Source: Anolis carolinensis (Eukaryota). Taken from it: a stretch of 64,000 nucleotides of DNA. Positions 34,601 through 47,961 of this stretch are shown here, in pieces; within the stretch, counting starts at the first letter, position 1, and each line of letters begins with the position of its first letter. The notes beneath the pieces were generated by a model, which was given only the letters and a program-made list of their open reading frames with translations, ran no database searches and was not told where the DNA came from. The DNA lies in contig NC_085841.1 in NCBI RefSeq assembly GCF_035594765.1, positions 259,624,525-259,688,524 of the forward strand, in the 5' to 3' direction. Both the position numbers and the translations under genes were made by a program.

Positions 34601-35956
34601 ATGGATTTGAATAGTGATGACTCAACAGATGATGAAAGCCGGCCACGCAAGCCAATCCCTGCATGGGCTTCTGGTAAGTTTTTAATTCATCTGGTACTCA
34701 TTTGCATGGTGGCAGAGCATTTCCCTATTTTTATTGTTGCTGCAATAACCACAATCTGATGATAGACAGATTCATATAGGATGTGTCTACCAACTGACAT
34801 TTACCATGAAATCAAAGTAGGCTCCCTGTATATTATATCACTGAGGGACAGTTCTGGAGAAACAGTTTTGGGTAAGGCATTTGTTCTTGACAGCTTTCTG
34901 GAACCATGTTTGGGTTAAATGAGTGTTCGGTGTGATCCAGAGTATTTTTAATGTTTAAATGTATGAGTCTCCAAATCTGGTCTTAACAATGCTTACTTAG
35001 AAGAAAATCTGGATTTACTGAAATTTAATATGAGAATTTAGATAAGGTACTTTTCGATGATAACTCCCAGAAACTTCATAACCATGACCTCTAGCTCTGT
35101 TTAAGGTATTCTAAAGACTACAACCTTAGCTAATATAAGAATATATAAACATGTAATATTTGTCATGGGTTAGAAAATTAGACATTTTATTTTATATATT
35201 GTGTTTGAAATTTGTTCTATTGGTAAAGTGGTTTTTTCTTTTTCAAAATTTTCAAAACAATTTTTAAAGGGTTAGAAAGTAGCTCATTCATGCATTACGG
35301 CTTTGGGGGTTATACATGCATGTGTTCACTTCTTAATGACCAAATCTGAATGCATTGCAAGAATTGTTACATTGTGTTTTCATCTCATACACCTGACTCC
35401 AGGACATATGAAAAGAGTACAATTCATTAAGTCTGTTTCTCCTACAGACCAAATCTGTTAAATTCAATCTGCACAGATATTCTCCTTTGCTTCTAGCAAT
35501 GATTCTCTAACATTTTCAATCAAACCTGCATATTCTTTGTGACTTCAGTCTTGGTTGTCATTGCAGCCTTCTGTGTCAAACCGACTTGAGGGAGAAAGGA
35601 CAAACTTTTTTTCTAAACTGGTTGGGGAAAAGAGAGTTAATTCTTCCTTTCAAATTTGTGCCGCCTCCTTTTAAGAGCTCTGAAACAATACAGCATGCAT
35701 CTTAGATAAATAATTCCTAATGCTAGTAATATTGTGTTGTCTTCTCCTAGGAAATCAACTGACCCAAGCTGTCATGCACCAATATTACAATCCATCTAAT
35801 GTCAGGAGGTTATTTGGTGTTGTGAAAAGTCCAAACCTGGAAGAAATCTTCTATAAGAGCAAACCACGCTATTTTAAACGCACCAGTTCTGCAGTTTGGA
35901 ACTCTCCACCATTCCCAGGCGGCAAATCTGTATCATCTAATTTCAAGAGATGGTGA
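10344..35956 (+). CDS. INCENP: INCENP copy B, complete 19-exon gene, about 855 aa (846 aa if the exon-2 ATG at 14295 is used)
   Basis: Exons with ag/gt and matching phases: 10344-10362, 14287-14431, 16245-16352, 17853-18574, 21146-21194, 21611-21644, 23093-23192, 24626-24677, 25709-25811, 25894-26031, 27034-27045, 29240-29349, 29428-29548, 30244-30366, 30988-31163, 31341-31455, 31869-31955, 34526-34673, 35751-35956 (sum 2568 nt, no internal stop). Motifs: [47 protein letters not shown]-rich [36 protein letters not shown]. Confidence 0.95.
10630..10807. mobile_element. Near-perfect palindromic hAT MITE in intron 1 (unit 2: 45403-45580)
   Basis: TIRs caggcatgggccaactt / aagttggcccatgcctg; arms of about 78 bp; near-TSD ctttaaag / ctttaagg. 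Confidence 0.9.
11063..11472. mobile_element. hAT MITE (cagtggttctcaacct family) split by an L2 3' fragment (about 11158-11444, - strand)
   Basis: Left part cagtgattctc...tctgggagttgta; (tatt)n plus ggactcaaagcagtt insert; right part ggggacccacaggttgagaaccactg. Confidence 0.75.
11890..12296 (+). mobile_element. Sauria SINE (11890-12214) followed by a second SINE head fragment (unit 2: 46663-47069)
   Basis: ggagccctg..gcgcagtgggttaaacc head, ggagatgagcaccaacccccagagtcggac core, acctttacct tail; second head ggagctcttggtggcacagtgg at about 12217. Confidence 0.85.
13149..13188. repeat. (TA)n(CA)n microsatellite
   Basis: Directly visible; same length in unit 2. Confidence 0.9.
13678..14080. mobile_element. 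hAT non-autonomous element with a nested 76-bp MITE (13904-13979)
   Basis: Outer TIRs cagagcttccaaac / gtttagaaagctctg; inner caggcat...atgcctg flanked by perfect TSD ggttaaca (13896-13903, 13980-13987). Confidence 0.75.
14922..15264. mobile_element. hAT non-autonomous element, 343 bp (unit 2: 49695-50037)
   Basis: TIRs cagggcttcttaaact / agtttaagaagcagtg; perfect TSD ccttagac at 14914-14921 and 15265-15272. Confidence 0.9.
17226..17775 (+). mobile_element. L2-clade LINE 3' fragment (unit 2: 51999-52548)
   Basis: Homologous to the L2 ORF2 end (agatcttccagggaggccctcctctc...ctctggaaatccct); tgtaagccgccccaagtccccacggggag stem-loop; (gtt)n(att)n tail. Confidence 0.85.
19579..19725. mobile_element. 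PIF/Harbinger-like MITE; related copies at about 13253-13326, 13537-13650 and 25081-25330
   Basis: TIRs gccccttctaca(t/c)tgccatata / tatatgacagtgtagaaggggc. Confidence 0.7.
20106..20714. mobile_element. Mariner-type MITE with a nested insertion in its right terminus
   Basis: Left end tagtagtctcgcttatccaa; repeated tggataa; right end ttggataagtgaga[insert]gtgagactctattgta. Confidence 0.75.
20429..20699. mobile_element. hAT (Tip100-like) MITE with G/C tracts (unit 2: 55928-56198)
   Basis: Ends cagggccgtagc / gctacaggcctg; near-TSD gtgagatt / gtgagact. Confidence 0.75.
20874..21103. mobile_element. Old hAT MITE ending 42 bp upstream of exon 5
   Basis: TIRs caatgtggtccaacc / ggttggaccacactg; ggccgcatgtggccc subterminal motif; TSD eroded. 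Confidence 0.65.
21755..22535 (+). mobile_element. Decayed CR1 LINE fragments (with a MITE piece inside)
   Basis: cttgatttcagtaaggcctttgacaaggt ([10 protein letters not shown]-like), gaagctgggtatgtttagcttggagaaga, and CR1 3' end gaagaacttcctgac...ggccatctgttgggagtgctttg. Confidence 0.75.
23838..24145 (-). mobile_element. CR1 LINE 3' fragment
   Basis: tagaatcagagttggaagagacc...gacagatggccatccagcct; reverse complement of the CR1 end at 33214-33481. Confidence 0.75.
25360..25538 (+). mobile_element. Internally deleted SINE2-like copy ending in a (CA)n tail
   Basis: gaagcctcccacaaggatggtaaaaacatc...ggttgctcctgacac shared with 4126-4395; the (CA)n is 2 bp shorter in unit 2. Confidence 0.7.
31607..31642. 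repeat. (TG)n microsatellite, intron 16
   Basis: Directly visible. Confidence 0.9.
32740..32915 (-). mobile_element. L2 3' tail fragment (similar tails at about 12680-12960 and 26328-26500)
   Basis: (ttta)n, cccgcccttttcacccgaagggactcagggtggcttac. Confidence 0.7.
32916..33213 (+). repeat. 298-bp local duplication of intron-18 sequence (35339-35636, also 566-863)
   Basis: accaaatctgaatgc...ggggaaaagagag present on both sides of exon 18 with about 4 mismatches. Confidence 0.92.
33214..33481 (+). mobile_element. 5'-truncated CR1 LINE 3' end
   Basis: aggacgcggaacaatggcttcaaacta...gaacttcctgact...ttccaactctactattctatgattctatg tail. Confidence 0.85.
33501..34044 (+). mobile_element. L1-clade insertion with 5' inversion
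   Basis: 15-bp TSD aggtatcaaaaataa (33486-33500, 34045-34059); inverted ORF2 end on - strand 33668-33501 ([11 protein letters not shown]...LTDWQL) continues on + strand from about 33668 ([10 protein letters not shown]), then T-rich 3' UTR, aataaa and A tail. Confidence 0.85.
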
Positions 35957-36399
35957 TATATTTCAGAGCTGTTTGATATTTTAAACATGTACAACTGGTT
36001 TCACCTTATAATGTTAATAAAATTTTTTCTATTTGAAACTCTTAAGGTTTTCTATGATGTTTTGTCTTTATTTGTGAGAGGAAGAGAACAAGAGCCTTGT
36101 GTCCAGTTTAATTTTCAGGGATGAGTAACTAAAAATAGTATTACGACCCAAATTCAGTTCATTCAGCCCTCATGGTATACAAGAGTATCTGATTAGTAGA
36201 GATAAATTAGGTTCAAATCTTCAGTCATGGTGTCTTATGGAACAGCTTTGGAGCAGTTGCATCTCCAAATGTAATCCTTCGCACAGTTTGATAGATCAAA
36301 AACTAGGGCAAATATCCAATTCTATCATTTTAACAGAAAGACAGCAAAGTAGTTAGTTTAACTGAGAAAAATACATACCCATTTCCCCACATTGCTCTT

Positions 36400-39300
36400 C
36401 TATAGCCATGTTTGTATTCTAAAATTGCACCGCTTCAGTTTTCTAATCTGGCTTCGTTTATCAGCTTCTAGGTTTGTCTTTAGATCCTCATTGTTGCTTG
36501 GGTCTAGTTCTTACAAAGACTTACTCTTTTTGAGAACTTCAAAAAGATCTTCACAACATGCTTTGGTTAGTTCACATGAATTGAGCCTAAGATAAAAATA
36601 AGAACATGTTATTGCACGTCAATGAAAAAGCAAAATCTGCATAAAAATCTGCTGAAGATAACCCCCCAGAAACCTTAATATCCTTCATAGGTTTCTTTGC
36701 AGCTCTGATCTTAAGAAAGCTTTTGTCACAATAAGTGTACTGTTTTTAGGGTACCACAATACACTTTGATTTTACTTTTAGAAAAGGACCTTTGGAATCA
36801 AAGGTTTTCTATTTTCTAAACCTTGTGTTAATGAATTTTAAAGAATAGAATAATGATACAAAGATGCTGATAAATTGGTGTAAGGTCCCCTATATGTTAG
36901 AGTCTGGTATATGGAAAAAGAAAAAAAGGAAGTTCTTCCAAGTATTTTGGAAGAATCTTGACTTCATTATTTTGTGATGTTAAAATTTTCATTGGCTGAT
37001 TTTGGCCAGAAATTGACCAATGGGTCAATTTTAACTAATTCATTCTTGTGCCTATCTGTTTGAGCCTTCTGTTTTAAGGTCTAAATCATGCTGATTTAGG
37101 CATCCTTTCCAGCATTATATTTATGAACATGTTTTCCTAATATGTGTATCTTGGGGTACTGAAGAAGAACTACTGTTCTAGTTTGCCTTTTGATACAGAT
37201 ACAGGCAGTCCCCAAGTTACAAACATCTGACTTACAAATTACTCATAGTTAAGAACAGGGATGAGACAACAGGAAGTTGTAACTAGGAAACCACCTCTTG
37301 AATATTTTTCACCTAAACTATGGAACTCATGGGAGTGTCATAGGTTTACGGGCAATTTAAAGGTACACAATGTTTTTCGATCTTAGGCCTTAGATTGGAT
37401 CTTGAGACAATGCTGAAAAAGCTGTTATTATTTTTACGTAAAAAGACCCGATATGATCATGGCAGCTTATTCAATTCCAATAGGATATAATTCTTCATGA
37501 AATTTCTTTTCAACAAAGCAAGAAATAATTTTCTTCCCCTATTCAGATCTTAAAGACTATTCATAATTTGGGACTTATGCAGTGCAAAATTCCCATTGGA
37601 TTTTCTGCATGGAAACAAATATTTTGACATAGAAATATGAATTATTCTGCAGAAAATGCTGTTTTTTTTAATAAAATTGAATATTTCAGAATAAAAATAT
37701 AGCATCTCAACTGTGTGTAAATGTTACACAGAGCTAATTCCCAAACACATCTTTGTGAAGCTCTGCTTGTTTTGCCCTGGGATTTTTGGATCCATATTCT
37801 TCTCTCATTCCCTGAATTAGAGTAGGAAAAGATGTGAGAAGCAAGTCAGCTATACACTGGATGTATATCAAAGCTGCAGTGACTTCAAGATACATTGCTT
37901 ACTGGTCACTTTTGATAATAAACCTTAAGAAGGAAGCAAAGGACTCAAACCTTACATTGACCCAGGACTGGGTAGTCCATAGACAGAGGAAATGGGCTCC
38001 TCCCCAAGCTACCCTCCTCTAGAGGAGCTAGAAAGTTACAATGCAACTGTTCTGGAAAATAACCCAGCGAAATTGCAGGTTCTGCAATGTGCCTGAGACA
38101 GATTTCACCCACTTTACTGACAGAGGTAAAGGACAAAATCCTGACATATTCAGGGAGACTAGTACCTTCTGCTGCACCTCATATCAGAATAGATATGTAG
38201 GCATTGTAGTAGAACTATTTGGTTATATATACTTCTCTCCTTTAATACTTAGCCACTACTCTATTCACCCTCCTAGAGGATAAAAAGGTAAGCATTTTCC
38301 CAAGGGGAGCCATACAAAGTGAATAGAAATAACTGTCCTCTCCTGTCCAACATAGGATAGCTTTTTCTCATATGATGCTAATAAAAAGGAACCAGGTTCT
38401 TACAGTAAATATATCAACAACTTTTGAGGTCATGCAGCGGGAAGGCTGGTGCTGCCTATGAACCATCAGCTGAGCACCTGCAGTTTGCAGTCAAGATGTA
38501 TCAGTATTTCACAGAGCTTTGTCAGTCCATCTATATTGTTAAAGTCTCAAGTAGAGCTCTCTCAGGTTCTGGTTTTAGAATGACAGCAGCTAATTTCATG
38601 CATGACTTGGATTGGAGGTTACAGCAGCGCAACCTGAAAGTGCAAGACAAGTTGAAATAAATATGAATAAATTTTAGGATATTACATTGGATTTGAAAAA
38701 GAAACCCTACTTTTAAATATGTTCTGCAACAAATTTAATACATTCCAATGAATTATTTTGGCTTCCTCACTGGCAAGCAGCTTTCTCATCATGATCATAT
38801 GCATGAACTTCCTTGTTAGTATGGATTGCTCTGTGGCAGAACATATGCTTGCTTGCAGAAGGTCACAGATTCAATCCTTGACATGTCTAGTTAACATAGG
38901 AGCCTCCAGTGGCGCAGTGGATTAAACCCTTGTGCCAGGTTGCTAATCTGAAGGTTGCCGGTTCGAATTCAACCCGGGAAGAGCATGGATGAGCCCCCTT
39001 TATCAGCTCCAGCTCCATACGAGAACATGACAGAAGCCTCCCACAAGGATGGTAAAAATATCAAAACATCCAGGCATCCCTTGGGCAAAGTCCTTGCAGA
39101 AGGCCAATTCTCTCACACCAGATCCGACTTGAAATTTCTCAAGTCACTCTTGACTCGAAAAAAAAAATCTAGTTAACATTAGGTATCTGATGACATATTT
39201 TTCTGAGGTTCTGGAAAGGGGATGCTTCTGGCAGGCAGACCCAATTTCATACCATTCACTGCTGGTTTTGTTTTGGTTACACCATCATGCAGTGTTCTCT

Positions 39301-41179
39301 GACCATGGAGCATACTCTCACCCCACTTTTTGATGCCTATAAACTATGTTGGCAATCAAAGGGAATGATATGGTGATAGACCAAATATTTTTGACATGGA
39401 ATAAGGCAGCTTCCAGTGGTTCTAATATTCTAAAGATTATTGGGAAATGTTCTTTTAAAGGTCACAAATGTTAAACTGTTGCCATTTCTTTCTTAGAGTG
39501 CGATCTGTGCTTGTCTGCCATTTGACTAAACATGTACGGGAATGTGCTATAATAGTCTTCACCTGCGCACTTTAAGCACCCATTATTTTTGGGCTTCCTT
39601 TAAGACAGTGGTTCTCAACCTAGGGTCCCCAGATATTTTTGGCCTACAACTCCCAGAAATCCTAGCCAGTTTACTAGCCGTTAGGATTTCTGGGAGTTGA
39701 AGGCCAAAAACATATGGGGACCCCAGGTTGAGAACCACCGTCTTAGGAGATGACGTTCTGACCCGATTATTATTTTGTGAAATGACATGAGATCATCCTG
39801 AATAGCAGACAATATTCTAATTTGGGCAACTGTGGAAGATTTCTGAGTAAGGATATGAAAAAAAAATCAAGTATTAAGTATCAAAAATCAAGTATCAAGT
39901 ATTATCTTTTCGGAAGGCTATGAGAGTCTATGTAAAAAAATACTGTCTGGCTTTTTTTTTTTTTTGCACAGAAAACAATGTGTTGTATAGAGAAAACCTT
40001 TAAAATACATACGCACAATCGTTTTTGTGCCAAACATTTTTGCTTTAAAAATTTCCTTTAAATTTTGCATTAAAATTCCTTTCCAAAGCACTATTATTGA
40101 GAGGCAACAAACAAAAACAGATATTTTGTGACTTAATTGTTTCAGAGAGCTGTTTTGACATGTCAAACCATCACTTCTCATTGAGGACTTAAAGAAATGT
40201 CAATATTTAGCCTTCGTGGTCATGGCCTCTCCAATGACTGTCAGAAATGCTGATTTGTGGCTTAGAGATAGCAATGCAAGCTGAGAGCACTTTGCAGTAA
40301 CTACATCATTTTGTGGCACATTAAGACTAACCTCTTATTTTCCATACGCTTTTTGCGACTGTAGACTTCTTAATCAGTTATTCCTGAAAAGTGTTAATTG
40401 TACATTGATGTGTTTATGGGCATTGAATGTTTGCCCTATGTGTGTATAATGTGATCCGCCCTGAGTCCCCTTCGGGGTGAGAAGGGCGGAATATAAATAC
40501 TGTAAATAAATAAATAATAAATACATCAGCCTAAGATGCTGGCTGTCATTTGTGCAGGAAGATAAACCCGATGATAAAGGTAACATGTGCTTCCTTTAAG
40601 ACTAAGAGGGAAAACTGGAGAAACACTCACCGAAGTATCTGTAGGCTGCAATTGGGATGCCTGAGTGCTTGCAGAATTTACTTACTATTACTTCTCATAG
40701 ATCACTATGTTGTAAATTGAATTCTCTAAAGTAAGACACTCAAAGAAGACAACATCTCTGAAGTTACACCTCTTCAGCCTGAGGAAAACAAATATAGATT
40801 GCCAGCCAGACTAATCTTATTGCTTGAAAGCAAAATCATCAGATATTTAGTTTACTCTCTTTGAATGATGCGATAAAGGCTTATTAATAAGATGTGTCAG
40901 GGGACAGTTTGGGCAAAGAAGAGGACTTAGTCCAAATACGTAACAAAGTTGTGTTGTCGAAGGCTTTAATGGCCACAATCACTGGGTTGCTATGATTTTT
41001 TCCAGGCTGTATGGCCATGTTCCAGAAGCATTCTCTCCTGACATTTCACCCACATCTATGGCAGGCATCCTCAGAAGTTGTGAGGTATCATACCAAAGTT
41101 ATCTTTATTGCACTTCGGATCTTTTGGTCCTTCAAAGAGGAAAGGTGAGTTTTCATCCACCTTTCCATTAAAGTATAAG
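36400..41179 (-). pseudogene. NLRP-like LRR pseudogene remnant; unit 2
   Basis: Exon relics 41179-41094, 40778-40631, 38633-38470, 36586-36400; same lesions as unit 1 (e.g. TAA at 36513-36511). Confidence 0.8.
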
Positions 41180-44100
41180 CTAAACAAACAAAATTGTAAG
41201 TTGAGTATGAGAAATTGTTGGATTGTATAGGTAAAGGTAAAGGTTTTCCCCTAACATTAAGTCTAGTCATGTTTGACTCTGGGGGTTGGTGCTCATCTCC
41301 ATTTCTAAGCCGAAGAGCTGGCGTTGTACCTAGACACTTCCAAGGTCATGTGGCTGGCATGACTGCATGGAGCGCAGTTACCTTCCTGCCTGAGTAGTAC
41401 CTATTGATCTACTCACATTTGCATGTTTTCGAACTGCTAGGTTAGCCGAAGCTGGGGCTAACAATGGGAGCTTACCCCATTCCCTGGATTTGAACCACCA
41501 ACCTTTCGGTCAGCAAGTTCAGCAGCTCAGCGGTTTAACCTGCTGCGCCTCTGGGTCAATGATAGGGAGCAGTATTTAGAAATTTAAGTCACATGGGACC
41601 AAAATGCTATAAAATATGTAAAGTGAAAGGCCCAAAGAGTCTTTAGATGTCTCCATTAATTTGGGAGCCAGTTCAGATAGGTGGATTGATGAATGGATGG
41701 ATAGATAGATCTTGTCCATTAGCCTTCTTTAAATGATGGAGAAGTGGATTGAGTTTACATAACAGTTCATGGAATCATTTCCTTCTGCTTCCTGATTCCA
41801 GGACTGACACTGTTGCGTAAGACCATTGCTTATTTCAATAGATCTTTATGTCAATATTTGTTGAATAAGAACAGTAAACATTAAACATTTTGAAGGGAAG
41901 CCAAAATCTAATGGTCAAAGGTCAAACCTTTTGCTGTCAAAAAAGTTTAATTAAAACATTTTTCTAACTTTGGGAATAACTGTTCCCAAATGCCAATTAG
42001 TTATTTCTTTCATGTCATTTGTACTCTGTTGATCACATTCTACCCAGGGCAAATTCTACTAATGCTATTGAAATGTATTAATTTATAATAAGCCCCAATC
42101 TGGTGATTCCACTTACAGTGCTTTGCGGTGAAGAAGCAACCAATGAGCACCTTTCTACCATTAATGACAAAGTGCTTTCAAATTAGAGACGGTCGTTTCT
42201 TCAGTTTGGGGAGGTTGCATTGGACTCCCACAGTCCTTCTGAGGTCACACTCCATTTCACTGCTACCTAAATTTTGTAGCAACTGCAATAGCTCTATGAT
42301 GTTGGAGGGTGAACAAGCGTACTCTAGTTCTAGAGAAGTCTTTAGTTCCACAGTGGTTCTCAACCTATGGGTCCCCAGATATTTTGGCCTTCAACTCCCA
42401 GAAATCCTAACAGCTGGTAAACTGGCTGGGATTTCTGGGAGTTGTAGGCCAAAACACCTGAGGACCCACAGGTTGAGAACCACTGCTTTAGGAAGAGTCT
42501 CATAGGATTTTAGATGAAACAGAGACCTTATTAGCAGGTTGATTTTTCAGTGCTAGGAAAGGAAGGTGGGTGCAATAAGGAGAGGGCTCAGTATTGGCTG
42601 GATTAGAAGAAGACATCCGATGCATTTGAATGCAGTTTGATATCACTTGGACTGCCATGGCTCAACGCAATGGAATCACTGGAGTTGTAGTTCGTTGAGG
42701 CACTAGCACTGTTTCACAGAGAAGACTACAGGCCTTGTGAAAATATAATTCCGGGATTTTATAGCACTGAGCCAAGGCAGTTCAAGTGGTGTCAAACTGC
42801 ATTCATTCTTCAGTGTGTAGGTGCACCCTAACATAAAGAAACAAATTCGCTTCTTCAAGTGCAGCATTGATCAGTTGGTAAGTGGCTGTGACTTTTCCGG
42901 GCTGTATGGCCATGTTCCGGAAGCATTCTCTCCTGATGTATCGCCTGCATCTATGGCAGGCATCCTCAAAGGTTGTAAGGTATGTTGAAAACTAGACAAG
43001 TGGGGTTTACTGTATATATTTGTGGAAGGTCCAGTGTTCTTGTCTGTTTGAGGCAAGTGTGAATTGTGCAATTCACAGCATTGAATAGCCTTGCAGTTCA
43101 AGGTCTGTCTGTTTACTGCCCGGGGGAATCCTTTGTTGGGAGGTGTTAGCTGGCCCTGATTGTTTCTTACCTGCAATTCCCCTGTTTAACTAGTAGAGTC
43201 TCACTTATCCAACCTTCGCTTATCCAACGTTCTGTATTATCCAACGCAGTTTGCCTTTATTATTTATTTATTTATTTATTACATGCATTTATACCCCGCC
43301 CTTCTCCCCAAGGGGACTCAGAGCAGCTTACATTCTGCCACGAGGGCCAGCAACAAATATACTATAAAACAAAACAATTAAAACATGATAAAAACATGAT
43401 AAAAATGTGATAAAAAGTATATAAAAATTAAAACGCTGCAAGGCAGTGATATTACACCATCCTCAGTCATTCACTACTGCTACAATTACAGATTTGCGAC
43501 CCAATTACATCAGCCAGTGAGCTTATTCGCTGAATGCCTGGGCGCAGAGCCAAGTTTTTAGTTTTCTTCTAAATCCCAGGAGGAAAGGGGTTTGCCGGAT
43601 ATCGCTGGGGAGGGAGTTCCACAGCCGGGGAGCCACCACCGAGAAGGCCCTGTCCCTCGTCCCCACCAGCCGCGCCTGCGAGGCAGGTGGGATCGAGAGC
43701 AGGGCCTCCCCGGAAGATCTTAAGGTTCTAACAGGCTCATAGGAGGAGATACGTTCGGATAGATAGGCAGGACCAGAACCGTTTAGGGCAGGGGTCCTCA
43801 AACTTTTTAAGCCGAGGGCCGGTCCACAATCCTTCGGACTGTTGAGGGGCCGGATTATCATTTGAAAAAAAACAACAAATAAATTCTGATGCACACTACA
43901 CATGTCTTATTTGTAGTGCAAAAACAACAACAATGAAAGAACAATACAATATTTAAAAATAAAAATAATTTTAACCAACATACATTTATCAGGATTTCAA
44001 TGTTCCCATGTGCTCCTGCTTCTGGCCAATGAGATAGTCAAGTTAATTAGGGTTGTTGTTGTTGTTGTTGTGTGCCTTCAAGTCATTTCAGACTTTGGGT

Positions 44101-44912
44101 GAGCCTAAGTCTAAAATGTATTTATTTATTATTTATTTATTTACTGCATTTATTTACTACATTTGTATCATACCCTTCTCACCCCAAAGGGGACTCAGAG
44201 TGGCTTACAAATTATATGTACATACAATATATTATATTATTAGCATAGCACAATATTAGCATTATATATTACTTTATTGAACTATACCACTATACTGTAA
44301 TATTATTAGTAATATTATATGTAACATAGAATATATAACTAATATTATTATATGGTATTATTATTAGTGTTATATTGTATTACATTATAATATTATTATC
44401 AATATTATATGTATATCCAATATATTATATTATAAAACTGAGGGCGGGGGTCAGGTAAATGACCTCGGAGGGCCGCATCCGGCCCCCGGGCCTTAGTTTG
44501 GGGACCCCTGGTTTAGGGCTTTGTAGGTCAAAACCAGCACTTTGAATTGGGCTCGGTAGCATATCGGCAGCCAGTGGAGCTGGCTTAGCAGGGGGTTTGT
44601 ATGCTCCCTGTAAGCCGCTCCCATTATTAACCTGGCTGCTGCCCGCTGCACCAGCTGGAGCTTTTAGGGATCTTTCTGGCTGGGCATTTTGAAGGCCCCT
44701 CCCCTAAACTACAAGCTCGGGGATTTCAGGAGGGATGCACACTTGCTTTTAACTCTAGTGCAGGCATGGGCCCTCCAGGTGTTTTGGACTTCAACTCCCA
44801 CGGGAGTTGAAATCCAAAACACCTGGAGGGCCGGAGTTTACTCATTCCTGCTCCAGTGTAACCCCGAGACTTCCCTTCCTTCCGTTGCGCCTAAGCCCAG
44901 CCCCTTCCTGGG

Positions 44913-45116
44913 CTTTACTTCGGTAGCTGCGTCTCAGCCAATAGCCGGCCCCGTCGTGGAGGCGCGCGCTGCTCATTGGACCGCGGGGAGTGACGTTGTT
45001 TGAAAAAAATATTTCAACGGCGACAAGCCTGGGCTGCGGGCGTTTAGAGCGCGGGTCGCTGTTAACAGTTGGCTGCGGAAATTTCGCCTCTGTAGGCTTG
45101 GATCCGCAAAGCAGCA
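44913..45116 (+). promoter_or_regulatory. INCENP copy C promoter and 5' leader
   Basis: Appears identical to 10140-10343 (CCAAT 44938, CHR TTTGAA 44999-45004). Confidence 0.8.
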
Positions 45117-47920
45117 ATGGCGGGGAACCCAAGGGGTGAGTCCCAGGGAAGGCTTTAAGGGTCGCCCGCCTCCGCCTCGCATCTTCCTTTTGTGCACAGC
45201 GAATCAGAATGGGAAAACTGGGTTGTTTGGGACTTTGGGGTGTTTGCGTGCCTTGGGGGGTATCTTCACGGGGCAATTCATTCAGTTCGGTACCGCATGT
45301 GATAGCCACTCCTTGGCTTCCTGATGATCAAAACATTCTGCCCCCAACGTTTTGGATATGCGATGCTCAACGTATTGATATTGTGGTTGTTAGACTTTAA
45401 AGCAGGCATGGGCCAACTTGGGCCCTCCAGGTGTTTTGGACTCCAACTCCCACCATTCCTCACAGCCTCAGGCCCTTTCCTTTTTCCCCCTCAGCCGCTT
45501 AAGGAAAGGGCCTGAGGCTGTGAGGAATGGTGGGAGTTTGAGTCCAAAACACTTGGAGGGCCCAAGTTGGCCCATGCCTGCTTTAAGGCATATTCAAGGA
45601 GTGTTACAGTTAGTGCACCCCTCCTTACTCACTTCCTCATCACTTGTTAATGTTGGAAGAAATGTGCTCCATTTGTTGACAGTTGTGGATTTTGTTCTTC
45701 TGTCATTTTAAGGTCTATGCATAAATCATGGATCTGTTCTCTAAAATTTTAATTGTGCATTCTCAAGTGTATAAAAAACTGTTAAGGTATAAAGAAAACG
45801 GGTCAGGTTTTGCAAGCATCAGCACCAAGGTGGATCAGTGATTCTCAGTCTTCGGGTACCCAGATGTTTTGGCCTTCAACTCTAAGAAATCCTAACAGCT
45901 GGTAAACTGGCAGGGATTTCTGGGAGTTGTATTTATTTATGTATTGCATTTATATACCGCTTTTCTCACTGCTAGGGGAGGACTCAAAGCAGTTCACAGC
46001 ATAATCAATAACAAAATTAAATGCCTCACATATGTAAACATAAACGATTAAAACAACATTTAAAACTATGGAATAAAAATGATTAAAATTATAAAACTGT
46101 GATAGCAATCACAGGTACAACACAAAACATTTAGGCCATTGTATCAATCCAGGGTGTTTTTCCATATTTTTGTCAATCGCCAAATGCCTGCTTGAATAAC
46201 CAGTCTTGACTTGCTTCCTGGGGACCCACAGGTTGAGAACCACTGGAATAGAATATGTGTTAAGCGAAAAAATCTCATTCTGGTGGTCATTATATGCAGG
46301 TGCTTGTTCAGGCCAGTAAGTTTGGTCCACACCTAGTGGAGTATAACTGGATGTGTTTTGAGATACATGGTGCTCTCTCCCTTGGGAGGTGGAGAAGCCA
46401 TGCTCTCTGTGTTTATGTTATGCATGCAAGGACTTTGTTCATTTTGTTGCTCTTCAGGATTTATTTTTGATGTAATGCCACAAGTTTATGTTTTTGATTC
46501 TGCTGAATAAGTAAATTTATGTTTCCTCTTTCATCTGTGTGAAGCTACTGTGTCTTTGTTGTTGGATCAGATTCCGCATAAACGTCAACAAAAGCTACAT
46601 TGTACGGGATGCTGTGGCCTCAATCTGCTCAATTTTATATTATTGCTTCCCCAAGGGCACTTGGAGCCCTGAAGTGCGCAGTGGGTTAAACCACTAAGCG
46701 GCTGACGCTGCTGACCGAAAGGTTGGTGGTTCATATCCGGGAAGTGGGGTGGGTGCCTGCTGTTAGCCCCAGCTTCTGTAAACCTAGCAGTTCGAAAACA
46801 TGCAAATGTGACTACATCAATAGGTACTGCTCTGGCGGGAAGGTAACAGCACTCCATGCAGTCATGCCTGCCACATGACTTTGGAGGTGTCTATGGACAA
46901 CACCGGCTCTTTGGCACAGAAATGGAGATGAGCACCAACCCCCAGAGTCGGACATGACTAGAATGCCAGGGGAAAACCTTTACCTTTTGGGAGCTCTTGG
47001 TGGCACAGTGGATTAAACAGCTGAGCTTCTGAACTTGCTGATTGAAAAGTCAGCAGTTCAAATCTGGGAATCTGTTGCGGTTACTGTCAAAAATTATTTG
47101 CGATAACATTATAAAGCAGTCCAAGAAAATACAATAATGCAATTAGTGGGGAAATACTCAACAGTTTATAGCTAGGAGAAAAGCAAATGAAAAATCTGTT
47201 TCAAGAAATACTAAAAGTAAGCCAGCACCGAGACTTGGTGGTATACAAGAGGGGTGATTGTTTCATACGTTGGGTACCATTAGGAAAAAGACACTTCAAT
47301 TCCTTGCTGCCAAATGAATATCTACAAACTCTAGCACAGTCAATAATACTTTTTTTCTGGAGATTGTATTGGGATCTGTCAGTCATAATCTCCTTGTCCT
47401 TGAAATGGGATACAAGATGGTTAAAAATGCAAAATAAAACAATAATAATAATACATATTTATTTGTATCCCACTTTTCTCCCTAAAACAAGACCTAAAGC
47501 GGCTCACAACATTGTGTAAAATAATATAAAACAATGTACATATATAAAACACAAACTATAAAAACAATTTTACAATTTAGAGATAAGTATACATATTTAA
47601 AAACATTAATCTAATACAATTATTGCAAGCTACTCAACAAGACAGATAAAAGTTAGCCTTCCTGTCATTACAGCTCAGTGTCTTCATCAAAAGCTTGCAC
47701 AAACAGGAAGGTTTTTAGCTGCTTTTTAGAAACAAAACTATTAAAAGACAGGCAAGAAATATCCACAGATAAAATACAGATTGACAAGCCAGAAGTATTC
47801 CTACGTAGTGATATCTTGGCCCTTGATTGTGCATGTGCAGTCAGACCTCTATATTTGCTAGGGTTAGAAGCACCGGGCCCCTGCAAAAGTGAAACACTGC
47901 AAATAAAGACAGTGGTTTTT

Positions 47921-47961
<41 letters not shown>

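Larger units (their letters stand above)
1..34773 (+). repeat. Tandem segmental-duplication unit 1 (34,773-bp period; phase arbitrary)
   Basis: atataggatgtgtctacc at 1 recurs at 34774; every ORF in 947-18656 recurs at +34773. Confidence 0.98.
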